Source: a virus (taxonomy: Duplodnaviria; Caudoviricetes). Taken from it: a DNA stretch of 53,322 nt. This document shows, piece by piece, positions 27,855-37,384 of this stretch; positions within the stretch are counted from its first letter, which is position 1; every line of letters begins with the position of its first letter. Location: IMG/VR virus record IMGVR_UViG_3300047187_000003, positions 1 to 53,322 of that record. One strand, 5' to 3'. Below the pieces are notes generated by a model. That model searched no databases and had not been told where the DNA came from. It saw only the letters and a program-made list of their open reading frames with translations. A program made the translations under genes and the position numbers.

Positions 27855-27916
27855 AGGGCGGGGTTTCAGGTTTTAGTCAGTTCCAGTTTTCATAGCAGGT
27901 TTTCCCCGCCCTTTTT
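27855..27916 (+). ncRNA. Leader stem-loop / possible small RNA or attenuator
   Basis: AGGGCGGGG (27855-27863) pairs with CCCCGCCCT (27904-27912), 40-nt loop, then a T run. Confidence 0.5.
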
Positions 27917-27927
27917 AAAGTAAGTAA

Positions 27928-28827
27928 ATGGATAAATTTTTAGTCACAGGAGCAGCGGGTTTTATCGGTTCCCATCTCTCAGAGGAGTTATTGAAAAGAG
28001 GTAAAGTTGTTGGAATAGATAACCTCTCTTTAGGAACCAGGAATAATATAAAACATCTTAAAAAAGATTTCACGTTTTATGAGGTTGATATTCTCAATCA
28101 CAAAGAGTTTGAAAATGTATTCAGGGCACATTCTTTTAATGCAGTTTTTCATTTAGCAGCTTGTTCAGATATTTCTAAGGGGGATCCCGAAGGTGATTTC
28201 CGAAATACATTCTCTACAACTTGTGTATTACTTGAAAAATGTCGTGTTCGGCGGATTAAGCAATTTATCTTTACTTCTTCTTCTTCTGTTTATGGCGATA
28301 GGAACGAGGTTTTTAAGGAGGAGTCAGTTCTTGCGCCGGTGTCTCATTATGGAGCCGCTAAGATGTCATCAGAGGCTTTTATTCAATCTTATTGTTCGAT
28401 GTATGATATTCAATCCTGGATTCTGAGACTTCCTAATGTTATTGGTGAACGGATGACTCACGGGTGTATCTTTGATTTCAAAAAGAAACTAAAGGTGAAT
28501 AAAAGTTTACTTACTGTTCTTGGTGATGGCAACCAGACTAAATCTTACCTTTATGTCAAGGACTTAGTTGATGCATTGATATTTACCTGGCAGAACGCTA
28601 AAGAGAAGGTTAATATCTATAATGTCGCCGGTAATGGATTGACTTCTGTAAAGTTTATTGCAGAGTTAATGAGTGAGAACATTGCTTATGCCGGGGGGGA
28701 CAGGGGATGGAAGGGCGATGTTCCGAGGACTCAGTGTAATATGACTAAATTAAATAATTTGGGATGGTTTCCTTCGATGACTTCTGATGAGGCTGTAAAA
28801 CTGACAATAGAAAGATATGAAACTTGA
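27928..28827 (+). CDS. NAD-dependent nucleotide-sugar epimerase/dehydratase
   Basis: VTGAAGFIGSHL, FTSSSSVYG, YGAAK. Confidence 0.93.
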   Translation: MDKFLVTGAAGFIGSHLSEELLKRGKVVGIDNLSLGTRNNIKHLKKDFTFYEVDILNHKEFENVFRAHSFNAVFHLAACSDISKGDPEGDFRNTFSTTCVLLEKCRVRRIKQFIFTSSSSVYGDRNEVFKEESVLAPVSHYGAAKMSSEAFIQSYCSMYDIQSWILRLPNVIGERMTHGCIFDFKKKLKVNKSLLTVLGDGNQTKSYLYVKDLVDALIFTWQNAKEKVNIYNVAGNGLTSVKFIAELMSENIAYAGGDRGWKGDVPRTQCNMTKLNNLGWFPSMTSDEAVKLTIERYET

Positions 28828-29335
28828 ACTTGGTTCCGGCAATCGTCCTACTGAAAATTATTTACATCAGGATATTATTCAACTTGAGACACCGCTTGAT
28901 TTTTGCTGTGAGGCGTGGAATGTCTCCCTCGCAGAACAAAGCCTGGATGAAGTGCTTGCCGTTGCAGTTATGGAGCATCTACGTTTTGATGATTTTGCCA
29001 GGACGCTTCATCACATCCATCGGCTTCTTAAAACAGGCGGTGTCTTTTATTTTGATGTACCGGATATATATGTCTGGAGCAAATATTTATTCGATGTTCT
29101 GAGGGGTCATCCTTGCCCATATTCAAAGGAAGATGTTTATAAGACTATCTGGGGATGGCAACGATGGCCGGGTGACGAACATAAATCAGCATGGATAAAA
29201 ACAGATGTCTATAATGCCTGTCAGTCTTTTGGGTTTAAAGTAGAAGACGGTTTTGAAGATATTAAAGTGAGAGTTCACCGGGATAGGTTTTCACATCCTG
29301 AGAATGCACATATATTTGTAAAAGCAACAAAATGA
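28817..29335 (+). CDS. Class I SAM-dependent methyltransferase
   Basis: KLELGSG, MEHL, RLLKTGG...VPD. Confidence 0.8.
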   Translation: MKLELGSGNRPTENYLHQDIIQLETPLDFCCEAWNVSLAEQSLDEVLAVAVMEHLRFDDFARTLHHIHRLLKTGGVFYFDVPDIYVWSKYLFDVLRGHPCPYSKEDVYKTIWGWQRWPGDEHKSAWIKTDVYNACQSFGFKVEDGFEDIKVRVHRDRFSHPENAHIFVKATK

Positions 29336-29628
29336 CTTATTACATCGACATAGATAATACAATTTGTAAAACAGAAGGAAATGATTATCAGCATGCGATC
29401 CCTATTCCTAAGAATATCGCAAAAATCAACAAACTATATGATGAGGGGCATATTATTATTTACTGGTCCTCACGTGGCATGACATCAGGAACATCGTGGC
29501 TTCTGCTCACAATAAATCAACTGCGGGAGTGGGGTGTAAAACATCATTCTGTTCATCTTAATAAACCGTCCTTTGATTTTATCATTGATGATAAATGCTT
29601 AAAAATAGAAGACATTGATAATGATTAA
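29332..29628 (+). CDS. Short HAD-family phosphatase (capsule-biosynthesis type)
   Basis: IDIDNTIC, KP..D..IDDK. Confidence 0.8.
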   Translation: MTYYIDIDNTICKTEGNDYQHAIPIPKNIAKINKLYDEGHIIIYWSSRGMTSGTSWLLLTINQLREWGVKHHSVHLNKPSFDFIIDDKCLKIEDIDND

Positions 29629-30604
29629 AGCACCTTTCAGGATTTCGCTCGGCGGCGGGGGCACTGATCTCCCGTCTTATTATGAGAACTATGGCGGGTA
29701 TGTTATTTCGGCGGCTGTAAATAAATATCTCTATGTTAATATTAATGAACCTGTGACTTCGGATAAGATAAAACTCTATTATGCTAAAGTAGAAGCTGTC
29801 GAAGATGCTTCTAAAATAGAACATGATATAATAAGGGAATCTTTGAAGTTCTTCGGTATTAACAAACCCTTAGAGATTGCAAGCATGGCGGACATTGAGG
29901 CGGGAACAGGCATGGGATCCTCTTCTTCATTTTTGGTTGCTTTACTTGCAGGATTAAACCTGATGCAACGGAAAGTCATATCTCCGGCACTTCTGGCAGA
30001 GGAAGCATGCTATATTGAGATAAACAAAGTAGGCAAGAAAATAGGCAAACAAGATCAGTATATCTCAGCTTTCGGTGGAGTACAGGAAATGAAGATAGAT
30101 AAATCCGGCAAGGTTATTATTGAACCTGTTTTACTTGGCAGGGATTTCATTTCAGAACTTGAATATCGGATGGTTCTTTTTTATACAGGTATCAAGCGTC
30201 CGGCAGCTTTGATTCTGGATAAGCAATCAGATTCTTTAAAGAAGAAAAACAGGGGTGTCTTAAAGATCATGCACGAGATAAAGAATATCGGTTTTGAGAT
30301 TAAGAAAGCCCTTTTAAAAGAAGATATAGACCGGATAGGTGGGTTATTCTTGGAACATTGGCTTTTAAAGAGAGATATTTCGCCTGACATGGCTTCGGAA
30401 GAAATAGAATCATGGTTAGACAAAGCCTATTTCAACGGTGCTATCGGAGGTAAGTTAATAGGAGCCGGGGGAGGGGGGTTTATTCTTTTTGTCTGCGAGG
30501 AGGGGCGGAGGAAAGAACTTATCCGGGCAATGGAGTTATTAGGGTTGAGGTTTGTTGATTTCCGTTTTGATTTCGAAGGTGTAAAGATAATGACTAATTT
30601 ATGA
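29621..30604 (+). CDS. hddA: GHMP sugar kinase, heptose-7-phosphate kinase-like
   Basis: APFRISLGGGGTD, GTGMGSSS, GKQDQY, GGKLIGAGGGGF. Confidence 0.8.
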   Translation: MIKAPFRISLGGGGTDLPSYYENYGGYVISAAVNKYLYVNINEPVTSDKIKLYYAKVEAVEDASKIEHDIIRESLKFFGINKPLEIASMADIEAGTGMGSSSSFLVALLAGLNLMQRKVISPALLAEEACYIEINKVGKKIGKQDQYISAFGGVQEMKIDKSGKVIIEPVLLGRDFISELEYRMVLFYTGIKRPAALILDKQSDSLKKKNRGVLKIMHEIKNIGFEIKKALLKEDIDRIGGLFLEHWLLKRDISPDMASEEIESWLDKAYFNGAIGGKLIGAGGGGFILFVCEEGRRKELIRAMELLGLRFVDFRFDFEGVKIMTNL

Positions 30605-31146
30605 TTGATAGTTTTCTAAAAGAAGTTAAAGACACAATAGATCGACTTGACAGGGATTCTATTAAAAGAGTCATTGATTTAATTGCTAATTTAAAAGGTC
30701 GGTTGTTTATTGTTGGTTCTGGGGGTGGAGCTGGTAATGCTTCTCATGCTGTCTGTGACTTTAGAAAACTCTGCGATATAGATGCTTTGACTTTTGAAAA
30801 CATCTCGGAATTGACTGCTAGGGTGAACGATGATGGTTGGGGAACGACATTAACAGCATGGTTGGCGGTATCGGATTTCGATAAAGATGATTGTCTGTTT
30901 GTTCTTTCTGTTGGTGGTGGTACTGAGACCGTATCTGTTAATCTTCATTCTGCAATTTTGTATGCGAAGAATGTCGATGCGAAGATTATCGGAATAGTAG
31001 GACGGGAGGAAAGCACACTGGTTAAAAATGCTGATGCTTATATTTTGGTTAAATCAGCTTTGATGACCCCGGTTGTTGAGGGCTTACAGAGTGTTCTTCT
31101 ACATTTGATTTGTACTAAGTTGGCTAAAAACAAAACAGTATGGTAA
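30601..31146 (+). CDS. gmhA: SIS-domain phosphosugar isomerase (phosphoheptose isomerase-like)
   Basis: G.GGGAGNASHAVCDFRK, LTARVND.G, LSVGGG, E..Q...H. Confidence 0.75.
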   Translation: MIDSFLKEVKDTIDRLDRDSIKRVIDLIANLKGRLFIVGSGGGAGNASHAVCDFRKLCDIDALTFENISELTARVNDDGWGTTLTAWLAVSDFDKDDCLFVLSVGGGTETVSVNLHSAILYAKNVDAKIIGIVGREESTLVKNADAYILVKSALMTPVVEGLQSVLLHLICTKLAKNKTVW

Positions 31147-31838
31147 AGATATTTGCTGATACATCTGATCTTAAAGAGATCATTGAACTTGACAAGAATC
31201 CTTTGGTTAAAGGGTTTACTTGCAATCCTACTTTGATGCGTAAAGCTGGGGTTAAGAATTACAAAACCTTTGCCTTGGATGTCTTACAGGCTACCCGGAA
31301 ACCAGTTAGTTTTGAGGTTCTGGCTGATGATTATGATGGTATGGAGCGACAGGCAGAGGAGATTGCTTCATGGGACGACATTGCTAACGTTTATGTAAAA
31401 ATCCCCATTACTAATACCAAAGGATATTATAATCTTGGATTAATTGAAAATTTATCTATAAAGGGTATATTATTGAATATAACTGCTATAACAACCTTAA
31501 AGCAAGTAAAAGATTTACGATTTGTTACAAAATGGTTTGACGGCGATTTTATTTCAGTCTTTGCAGGTAGAATAGCCGATACTGGAGTTGATCCTACATT
31601 TGTAATTAAAGATATTCTTGATGAACTATCGAATATTTCCTGTGAAGTTATCTGGGCTTCACCGAGAGAGGTTTTTAATATCTATCAGGCTACTGAGATA
31701 GATTGTCATATAATAACGTGTACCCCTGATTTGATTCGTAAATATGAGGCTTTACGGGGCAAAGATTTAACTGAATATTCACTTGATACTGTCAAACAAT
31801 TCTATAATGACGGTAAGGAGGCCGGACTGACATTATGA
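31140..31838 (+). CDS. tal: Transaldolase family protein
   Basis: IFADT, GFTCNPTL, VSFEV, VYVKIP (Schiff-base Lys), SVFAGRI.D, WASPRE. Confidence 0.88.
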   Translation: MVKIFADTSDLKEIIELDKNPLVKGFTCNPTLMRKAGVKNYKTFALDVLQATRKPVSFEVLADDYDGMERQAEEIASWDDIANVYVKIPITNTKGYYNLGLIENLSIKGILLNITAITTLKQVKDLRFVTKWFDGDFISVFAGRIADTGVDPTFVIKDILDELSNISCEVIWASPREVFNIYQATEIDCHIITCTPDLIRKYEALRGKDLTEYSLDTVKQFYNDGKEAGLTL

Positions 31839-32245
31839 AAGTATTAGTTACCGGCTCCTTTGATATGCTTCATAGCGGGCATATAAAGTTCTTAAAAGAG
31901 GCTTCACGGTTTGGGGAATTATTTGTCGGGATAGGTTCTGATTTTTCGATTGAGAAGTACAAAGGTCATCCGCCCGTCTGTTGTGAACGGGAACGGCTTT
32001 TTATGCTTGAGGCTATTAAATATATTAAGGGATGCTGGGTTAACGTAGGTGAGGGATCATTAGATTTTAAGGATGAAATAGTAAAAGAAGGGATAAATAT
32101 TCTTGTGGTCAATGAAGATCAGGCTTCAGATGCAAAAGAGAATCTTTGCTGGGATTTAGGGATTAAATATATTGTTTTGAAGCGTGAAACAGAACCGGGA
32201 CTACCGAGAAGATCATCAAGTGAATATAGAAGATATTTTGAATAA
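31835..32245 (+). CDS. Cytidylyltransferase-family (HxGH) nucleotidyltransferase
   Basis: TGSFDMLHSGH, GIGSD, ER, RSSS. Confidence 0.88.
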   Translation: MKVLVTGSFDMLHSGHIKFLKEASRFGELFVGIGSDFSIEKYKGHPPVCCERERLFMLEAIKYIKGCWVNVGEGSLDFKDEIVKEGINILVVNEDQASDAKENLCWDLGIKYIVLKRETEPGLPRRSSSEYRRYFE

Positions 32246-32256
32246 AAAACTAAATT

Positions 32257-32451
32257 ATGAAAACACAATTTATTTATATGGACGATCAAAATAATCGGAT
32301 TGTAATTGCAGAACGGGGTGGGTATTACCCTTTGGAAGAAAAGACTTGTATATGGTTTGGTGGTTTTATATATAAGGTTTTTGGAGTTTCAGGGATTAAT
32401 CTTGATACTAATATTTTACAAGTTTTAGTTTGGGATAAAAGAAGTTTATGA
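32257..32451 (+). CDS. Hypothetical protein
   Basis: Tiled ORF. Confidence 0.55.
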   Translation: MKTQFIYMDDQNNRIVIAERGGYYPLEEKTCIWFGGFIYKVFGVSGINLDTNILQVLVWDKRSL

Positions 32452-33134
32452 CATTAACAATTATTTCCGGTGCATCCAGAGGGATAGGCAAGGCGATTGC
32501 AGAAGACTTGAATAATAAGATTGATAGTAAATTCCTTTTATTGAGTTCCAGTATTGTAAATTTTAAGAAATATAAAAAAGTATTTTATACTGTTTCAAAT
32601 TTATTGAAAATACATGAAGATATTAAACAGGTAAATATTATATTATGTGCTGCTCAAATAGGCAAGTATCATTCATTTGAATTAAAGGAAACGGAGAAAT
32701 TATTTAAGATAAATGTACTTGGCAATTTGTCTGTTATTGCTGCCGTATTATCTAAGGGATATTTTAAATTAAGAATAGTTTGGTTTGCCGGCGGTGGTGC
32801 AGCGTTTCCTTATCCTGAATTTTTTGGTTATTCTATTTCTAAAATTGCTGTTGTCAGGGCAGTTGAAAATTTATCAATAGTTGGTTTATTAGGTAAGGAT
32901 AGTTCTATTATTGCCCTTGCACCCGGAGCTGTTGAAACGGATATGTTAAAGACTGTTATAGATGCGGGGTGTGAAGTCAGGACAAGAACAGACATATCAG
33001 AGTCGGTTAACTTTGTGAGAAAGTTCATAACCGATGAATTTGATTCTCTTGCTTTAAATGGTATGTTCCTTCATGTCAGGGATGACATAACAAGACATAA
33101 AAAAGATATTTTTAAATTAAGACGTATAGAATGA
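32448..33134 (+). CDS. SDR family oxidoreductase
   Basis: SGASRGIG, YSISK, PGAVETDM. Confidence 0.88.
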   Translation: MTLTIISGASRGIGKAIAEDLNNKIDSKFLLLSSSIVNFKKYKKVFYTVSNLLKIHEDIKQVNIILCAAQIGKYHSFELKETEKLFKINVLGNLSVIAAVLSKGYFKLRIVWFAGGGAAFPYPEFFGYSISKIAVVRAVENLSIVGLLGKDSSIIALAPGAVETDMLKTVIDAGCEVRTRTDISESVNFVRKFITDEFDSLALNGMFLHVRDDITRHKKDIFKLRRIE

Positions 33135-34075
33135 ATATAGCAGTTGTCGGAGCCGGTATAATAGGCAGAGAACGAATTAAAGCACTTGAGAAACTCGGTG
33201 AAAATATAATCGTTGTCGATCCTGCTGTTAAGATTCCTAAATATCCGCAGTACTACGATTTTAAAAGTGCAGTTATTAATGAAGATATTGACTGGATATT
33301 TGTCTGTACTCCCCACAATATAACTAAGGAGATAGTCATTGAAGCGTTAAGTCATGGGTTTAATGTTTTAGCCGAGAAGCCGCTTGGCAGGGATTTGGAT
33401 GAATTTAGTGAGATAATCAGGAATCATGCAGACGAAAAACTAAATGTAGGTTTTAATTACCGGTTTTATAAAGGTGTTCGGCAACTTTTACAGGATTGTA
33501 AAGATCATCTGTTCGGGGACTTGATTTCTGTTAATATGATTTTAGGGTTAGGCGATGCACCGGGAAGTGAAAAGACTTGGCGACTTGACCCAAAAAGAGC
33601 AGGACGGGGGGCGATACTTGATCCTGGGATTCATCTTATTGATCTGGCAATGTTAATAAGCGATGATAGATTATATAATGCTCAGCTTAAAACATGGGAA
33701 GGATTTTGGAAAACAAAGATTGAAGAAGAATCTCATTTAGTTGCAAGGGATTCACATATAGGAACAATTTATAATATTCAATTTTCCGTTTGCCGGTGGC
33801 GCAATACTTTTAGGATAGAAGTAAATGGAACTGATGGTTATGGTATTGTCGAAGGACGTAATCGGAATTATGGTAATCAGATATACCGCAGGGGAAAAAG
33901 GTGGGGATGGGCTTGCGGATTGCCACAAAGAGAAACCGAGGAGTTAGTTATTGACTATGAAGGTGAGGATTCGTTTTATGAGGAGACAAAAGCAGTTTTA
34001 TATGGATGTCAGGGGATACAACCAGGGACGGCAGAAGATAATAGAAGATGTTTGGAATTTATTGAATCACTATGA
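33131..34075 (+). CDS. Gfo/Idh/MocA family oxidoreductase
   Basis: VVGAGIIG, VCTP, AEKP, GFNYRF, D.GIHLID. Confidence 0.9.
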   Translation: MNIAVVGAGIIGRERIKALEKLGENIIVVDPAVKIPKYPQYYDFKSAVINEDIDWIFVCTPHNITKEIVIEALSHGFNVLAEKPLGRDLDEFSEIIRNHADEKLNVGFNYRFYKGVRQLLQDCKDHLFGDLISVNMILGLGDAPGSEKTWRLDPKRAGRGAILDPGIHLIDLAMLISDDRLYNAQLKTWEGFWKTKIEEESHLVARDSHIGTIYNIQFSVCRWRNTFRIEVNGTDGYGIVEGRNRNYGNQIYRRGKRWGWACGLPQRETEELVIDYEGEDSFYEETKAVLYGCQGIQPGTAEDNRRCLEFIESL

Positions 34076-34704
34076 TCCCGAAGATAATATATTATTCGTG
34101 GGTTAATCCGAATCCTTTACCAGAGAGATTTCAGAAGTATATCAATGGCTGGCGAGAATTGATGCCTGATTATGAGATAAGACAAATATCTTTAGATAAT
34201 ATTTTTAGGAATAGATTTGCTGAAGAAGCAATCAAAAGAGATATTCTTGTATCAGTAGCTATTTATAATGCCTGTCAGAGAATGTTTACAACTGGGGGTT
34301 TGTATTTTGATATTGATATTGAAGCCATACAGAGATTTGATGATCTATTAAACGATAAACTATTTTTAGGAATAGAAAATCTCAATAGGATAAATTTTGC
34401 TGTTATGGGGTCTGTGCCATTTCATCCTTTTATGAAAGATTGTCTTGACTATCTTGATAATTTTGATTTCGATAATCCCGGAAAATTTGGAATAGAGATC
34501 GAATCTTCTGTTGAAGTAGCAACAAAAATATCTATCAAATATGGATGGGACAAAACAGATAAAACAAATTATCTTGAGAACATGACTATTTACAATTCTA
34601 AATATTTTTATCCTTATATGCCTGGAGAAGTTTTTACTCCAAGTTGTATAAGGAAAGAGACACACGCCATTCATCATTGGGCGGGAACATGGGTTAAATT
34701 ATGA
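34072..34704 (+). CDS. Glycosyltransferase family 32 (DXD)
   Basis: MIPKIIYYSW, GGLYFDIDIE, AIHHWAGTW. Confidence 0.88.
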   Translation: MIPKIIYYSWVNPNPLPERFQKYINGWRELMPDYEIRQISLDNIFRNRFAEEAIKRDILVSVAIYNACQRMFTTGGLYFDIDIEAIQRFDDLLNDKLFLGIENLNRINFAVMGSVPFHPFMKDCLDYLDNFDFDNPGKFGIEIESSVEVATKISIKYGWDKTDKTNYLENMTIYNSKYFYPYMPGEVFTPSCIRKETHAIHHWAGTWVKL

Positions 34705-35486
34705 TTTGCTACGTAGGGAAAAACGCTATTGATTTGTGTAAGATATATAAACCTGATTGCATAATCTGTAATCTGGACGATATTGGTGTCGATACATGGC
34801 GACCTTCTTTAAAGAAATATGCTATTGAGAATAATATTAAGATTGTGAGTCTTGAAGATGTTTATCCGGTTAAGAATTTGGTTTTTGTCTCAGTTGAATT
34901 TGATAAGTTAATCAATCCTAAATTATTTGCGAGTAAGAAATTAATAAATGTTCATTATTCTTTACTCCCTAAATACAGGGGGTGTCTTACAAGTATATGG
35001 CCTATCTTGAATGGAGAAACTAAATCAGGGGTTACTATTCATCTCATAGATGATGGTATTGATACGGGACCAATATTGGATCAAATAGAATTTGATATTG
35101 ATATAAATGATACTGCACGTGATTTGTATTTCAAATACATGAATACGAGTAAGGATATAACTATTGATCTGAATAGTTCGTCTGAATCTATTCTGCAACC
35201 GATTATAGGAACATCTTATTATAGCAGGAGATCACTTGACTTAAAGAATATTAAAATCGATCTTAATAAGACTTCCTTTGAAATACATAATCAAATCAGG
35301 GCTTTCATATTTCCTGAATATCAATTACCTACTTTATTCGGGAGAAAGATAACAAGTTCTATTCTTACGAATGAGTTTATTGGCAGGAATAAAAGGGAGA
35401 TTGAGGACAAAATGATAATAAGCGGGATGGATGGATATAAAATAGAATTAACATTTAAGAATAATGATGATAATCTCACTCGATAA
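34701..35486 (+). CDS. Sugar N-formyltransferase-like protein
   Basis: INVHYSLLPKYRG, GVTIH.ID.GIDTGPI. Confidence 0.88.
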   Translation: MICYVGKNAIDLCKIYKPDCIICNLDDIGVDTWRPSLKKYAIENNIKIVSLEDVYPVKNLVFVSVEFDKLINPKLFASKKLINVHYSLLPKYRGCLTSIWPILNGETKSGVTIHLIDDGIDTGPILDQIEFDIDINDTARDLYFKYMNTSKDITIDLNSSSESILQPIIGTSYYSRRSLDLKNIKIDLNKTSFEIHNQIRAFIFPEYQLPTLFGRKITSSILTNEFIGRNKREIEDKMIISGMDGYKIELTFKNNDDNLTR

Positions 35487-36078
35487 GGTTTTAAAAGATT
35501 ATAACCTTAAAATTAACGGTGTCCTTCACATAGGAGCGCACTGGGGACAGGAATACCAGGAATATCTTGATAATGGCATTAAGGATGTTATTTTCTTTGA
35601 GCCTATTGAATCGAACTATAAAAAACTCCGTGAATTAATGCCAATGGGTGTGAGATGTGAGAATATTGCTTTGGGTAACGAGACAGGGCAAAAGAATATG
35701 TATGTAGAGACAGCTAATGGGGGTATGAGCTGTTCTGTTCTGGAACCGGGGACTCATCTTACTTCTTACCCGAATATAACTTTTGATCTCAGGGAATCGG
35801 TCAGGATGGATAAACTTGACAATATAGATTTTGAGCGTACCCGCTTCGATATGATAAATATTGATGTTCAAGGTTACGAGTTGGAAGTCTTTAAAGGTGC
35901 TGTTAAGACTCTGCCGTTTATAAAATTGATTTATACTGAAGTTAATACCAATGAAGTTTATAAAGGTTGTTGTCTGATGGTTGATATTGATAATTTTCTA
36001 AGAGATTTCGGGTTTAGGAGAGTTCTGGAGTCGTTTCCGCTTTCTCCGACATGGGGTGATGCAATTTATATTCGATGA
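35467..36078 (+). CDS. FkbM family methyltransferase
   Basis: HIGAH.G, FEP, NIDVQGYELEVFKG, WGDAIY. Confidence 0.9.
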   Translation: MIISLDKVLKDYNLKINGVLHIGAHWGQEYQEYLDNGIKDVIFFEPIESNYKKLRELMPMGVRCENIALGNETGQKNMYVETANGGMSCSVLEPGTHLTSYPNITFDLRESVRMDKLDNIDFERTRFDMINIDVQGYELEVFKGAVKTLPFIKLIYTEVNTNEVYKGCCLMVDIDNFLRDFGFRRVLESFPLSPTWGDAIYIR

Positions 36079-36794
36079 TAACCTACAATAAATATCTTTT
36101 TACATCTTGGCACGCCGGACAAAGAGCAGACCAGAGAGGCGATACCGGGATTGGCAACCTGATGTATTTCATAGCAGGAACTATCGGCATAGCTCTTAAG
36201 AATGGTTATGAATATGGATTTCCAGAGTGGGTACTTACTCCTTATCTGAAAAATGATCTTCCGCTTTTCAATGATCCTGGTCTGCCTGAAGTTGTATTAG
36301 ACTGGGGATTTCATGGATTTGACTACCCTGATAATGTTTCACTTTGCGGACAGATGCAATCGCCTAAATTTTTTAATCATTGTATCGACCTTATCAGGTA
36401 TCATTTTGAACTCAAAGATATAACAGAACCTATTAAGGATGCAATAGTTATGCATTACCGGAATTATTCATATCCTTATTTTCATAACCTGACTAAAGAC
36501 TATTACTTAAGGGCTTTACAGAAACTACCTGATCGCAGGGTCGTTGTGATAACCGATGATATTGAAGCAGCCCGTAAGGTACTTGGAAATGAATTTGAAT
36601 ATCAAAGTAACACTCCTATTATGGATTTCTATTTAGGGGTGAAAGCAGATTATTTAGTTATTGCAAACAGTTCTTTTTCCTGTTGGTGGTCCTACCTCTC
36701 AGGTGTTAAGACTATTGCGCCTTACCGATGGTACACCCACGAATTGAAACAGGATCACTCAGGTATTTATCAAAACGGATGGATCAAGGCATGA
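36075..36794 (+). CDS. Glycosyltransferase family 11 (alpha-1,2-fucosyltransferase-like)
   Basis: GIGNLMY, Q.PKFF, H.R, YY, TDD, IANSSFS.W. Confidence 0.82.
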   Translation: MITYNKYLFTSWHAGQRADQRGDTGIGNLMYFIAGTIGIALKNGYEYGFPEWVLTPYLKNDLPLFNDPGLPEVVLDWGFHGFDYPDNVSLCGQMQSPKFFNHCIDLIRYHFELKDITEPIKDAIVMHYRNYSYPYFHNLTKDYYLRALQKLPDRRVVVITDDIEAARKVLGNEFEYQSNTPIMDFYLGVKADYLVIANSSFSCWWSYLSGVKTIAPYRWYTHELKQDHSGIYQNGWIKA

Positions 36795-37384
36795 AAATCA
36801 GGGTAGTTCATTTGGCTTCCCGACCTGACAGGGGTATATTTTTCCCGGAAGAAATGCAGAGAATGTTCTTTGATTACTCCGTATTCTTTGCGGTTAATCC
36901 TCCGGGGATGGATGATCCCTTAATGGCTTCTTCATGTACACACGTGGACGCACTAAGGGGTATATCTGGCGAGTTGCTTGTTTGTGAAGATGATGTTTGC
37001 TTTTTAAAGCAAGGACGGGAATTATTCAATAAAGCCTACGATCAACTACCCGAAGACTGGGATATGCTTTACCTGGGAGGAAATATTCACGAACCGGCAG
37101 AGCCATTTTCGGAGAATCTTTACAGGATACATAAGGGAGTACATTGTAACCACGCTATTTTATATTCAGAGAAAGCCAGAAGTACGATATTAAGTACTTA
37201 TGATTTATGGACAAATGATATTAAGGCTTACGATCACTGGCTTTACATGGTAGGTCAGGGAATAATGAACTGTTTTATTATGTCTCCTATTATAGCCTAC
37301 CAGCGTCCGGGATATTCCTGTAATGGTAAATGGCAGGATTATTATATTGATATGCGATCTAACGAAATTAAATATTTATGCTGA
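36791..37384 (+). CDS. Glycosyltransferase family 25-like
   Basis: HL..R.DR, VCEDD, LPEDWDMLYLG, HA, AYQRPGYS; start reassigned to 36791. Confidence 0.8.
   Translation: MKIRVVHLASRPDRGIFFPEEMQRMFFDYSVFFAVNPPGMDDPLMASSCTHVDALRGISGELLVCEDDVCFLKQGRELFNKAYDQLPEDWDMLYLGGNIHEPAEPFSENLYRIHKGVHCNHAILYSEKARSTILSTYDLWTNDIKAYDHWLYMVGQGIMNCFIMSPIIAYQRPGYSCNGKWQDYYIDMRSNEIKYLC

Noticed and set aside
27845-27870. ops/RfaH-UpxY antitermination element
   Set aside because: No match to GGCGGTAG and no NusG paralogue recognised in the genome
31140-31838. Transaldolase as a cyanophage-type central-metabolism auxiliary gene
   Set aside because: It is coupled between the SIS isomerase and nucleotidyltransferase, with no other pentose-phosphate genes
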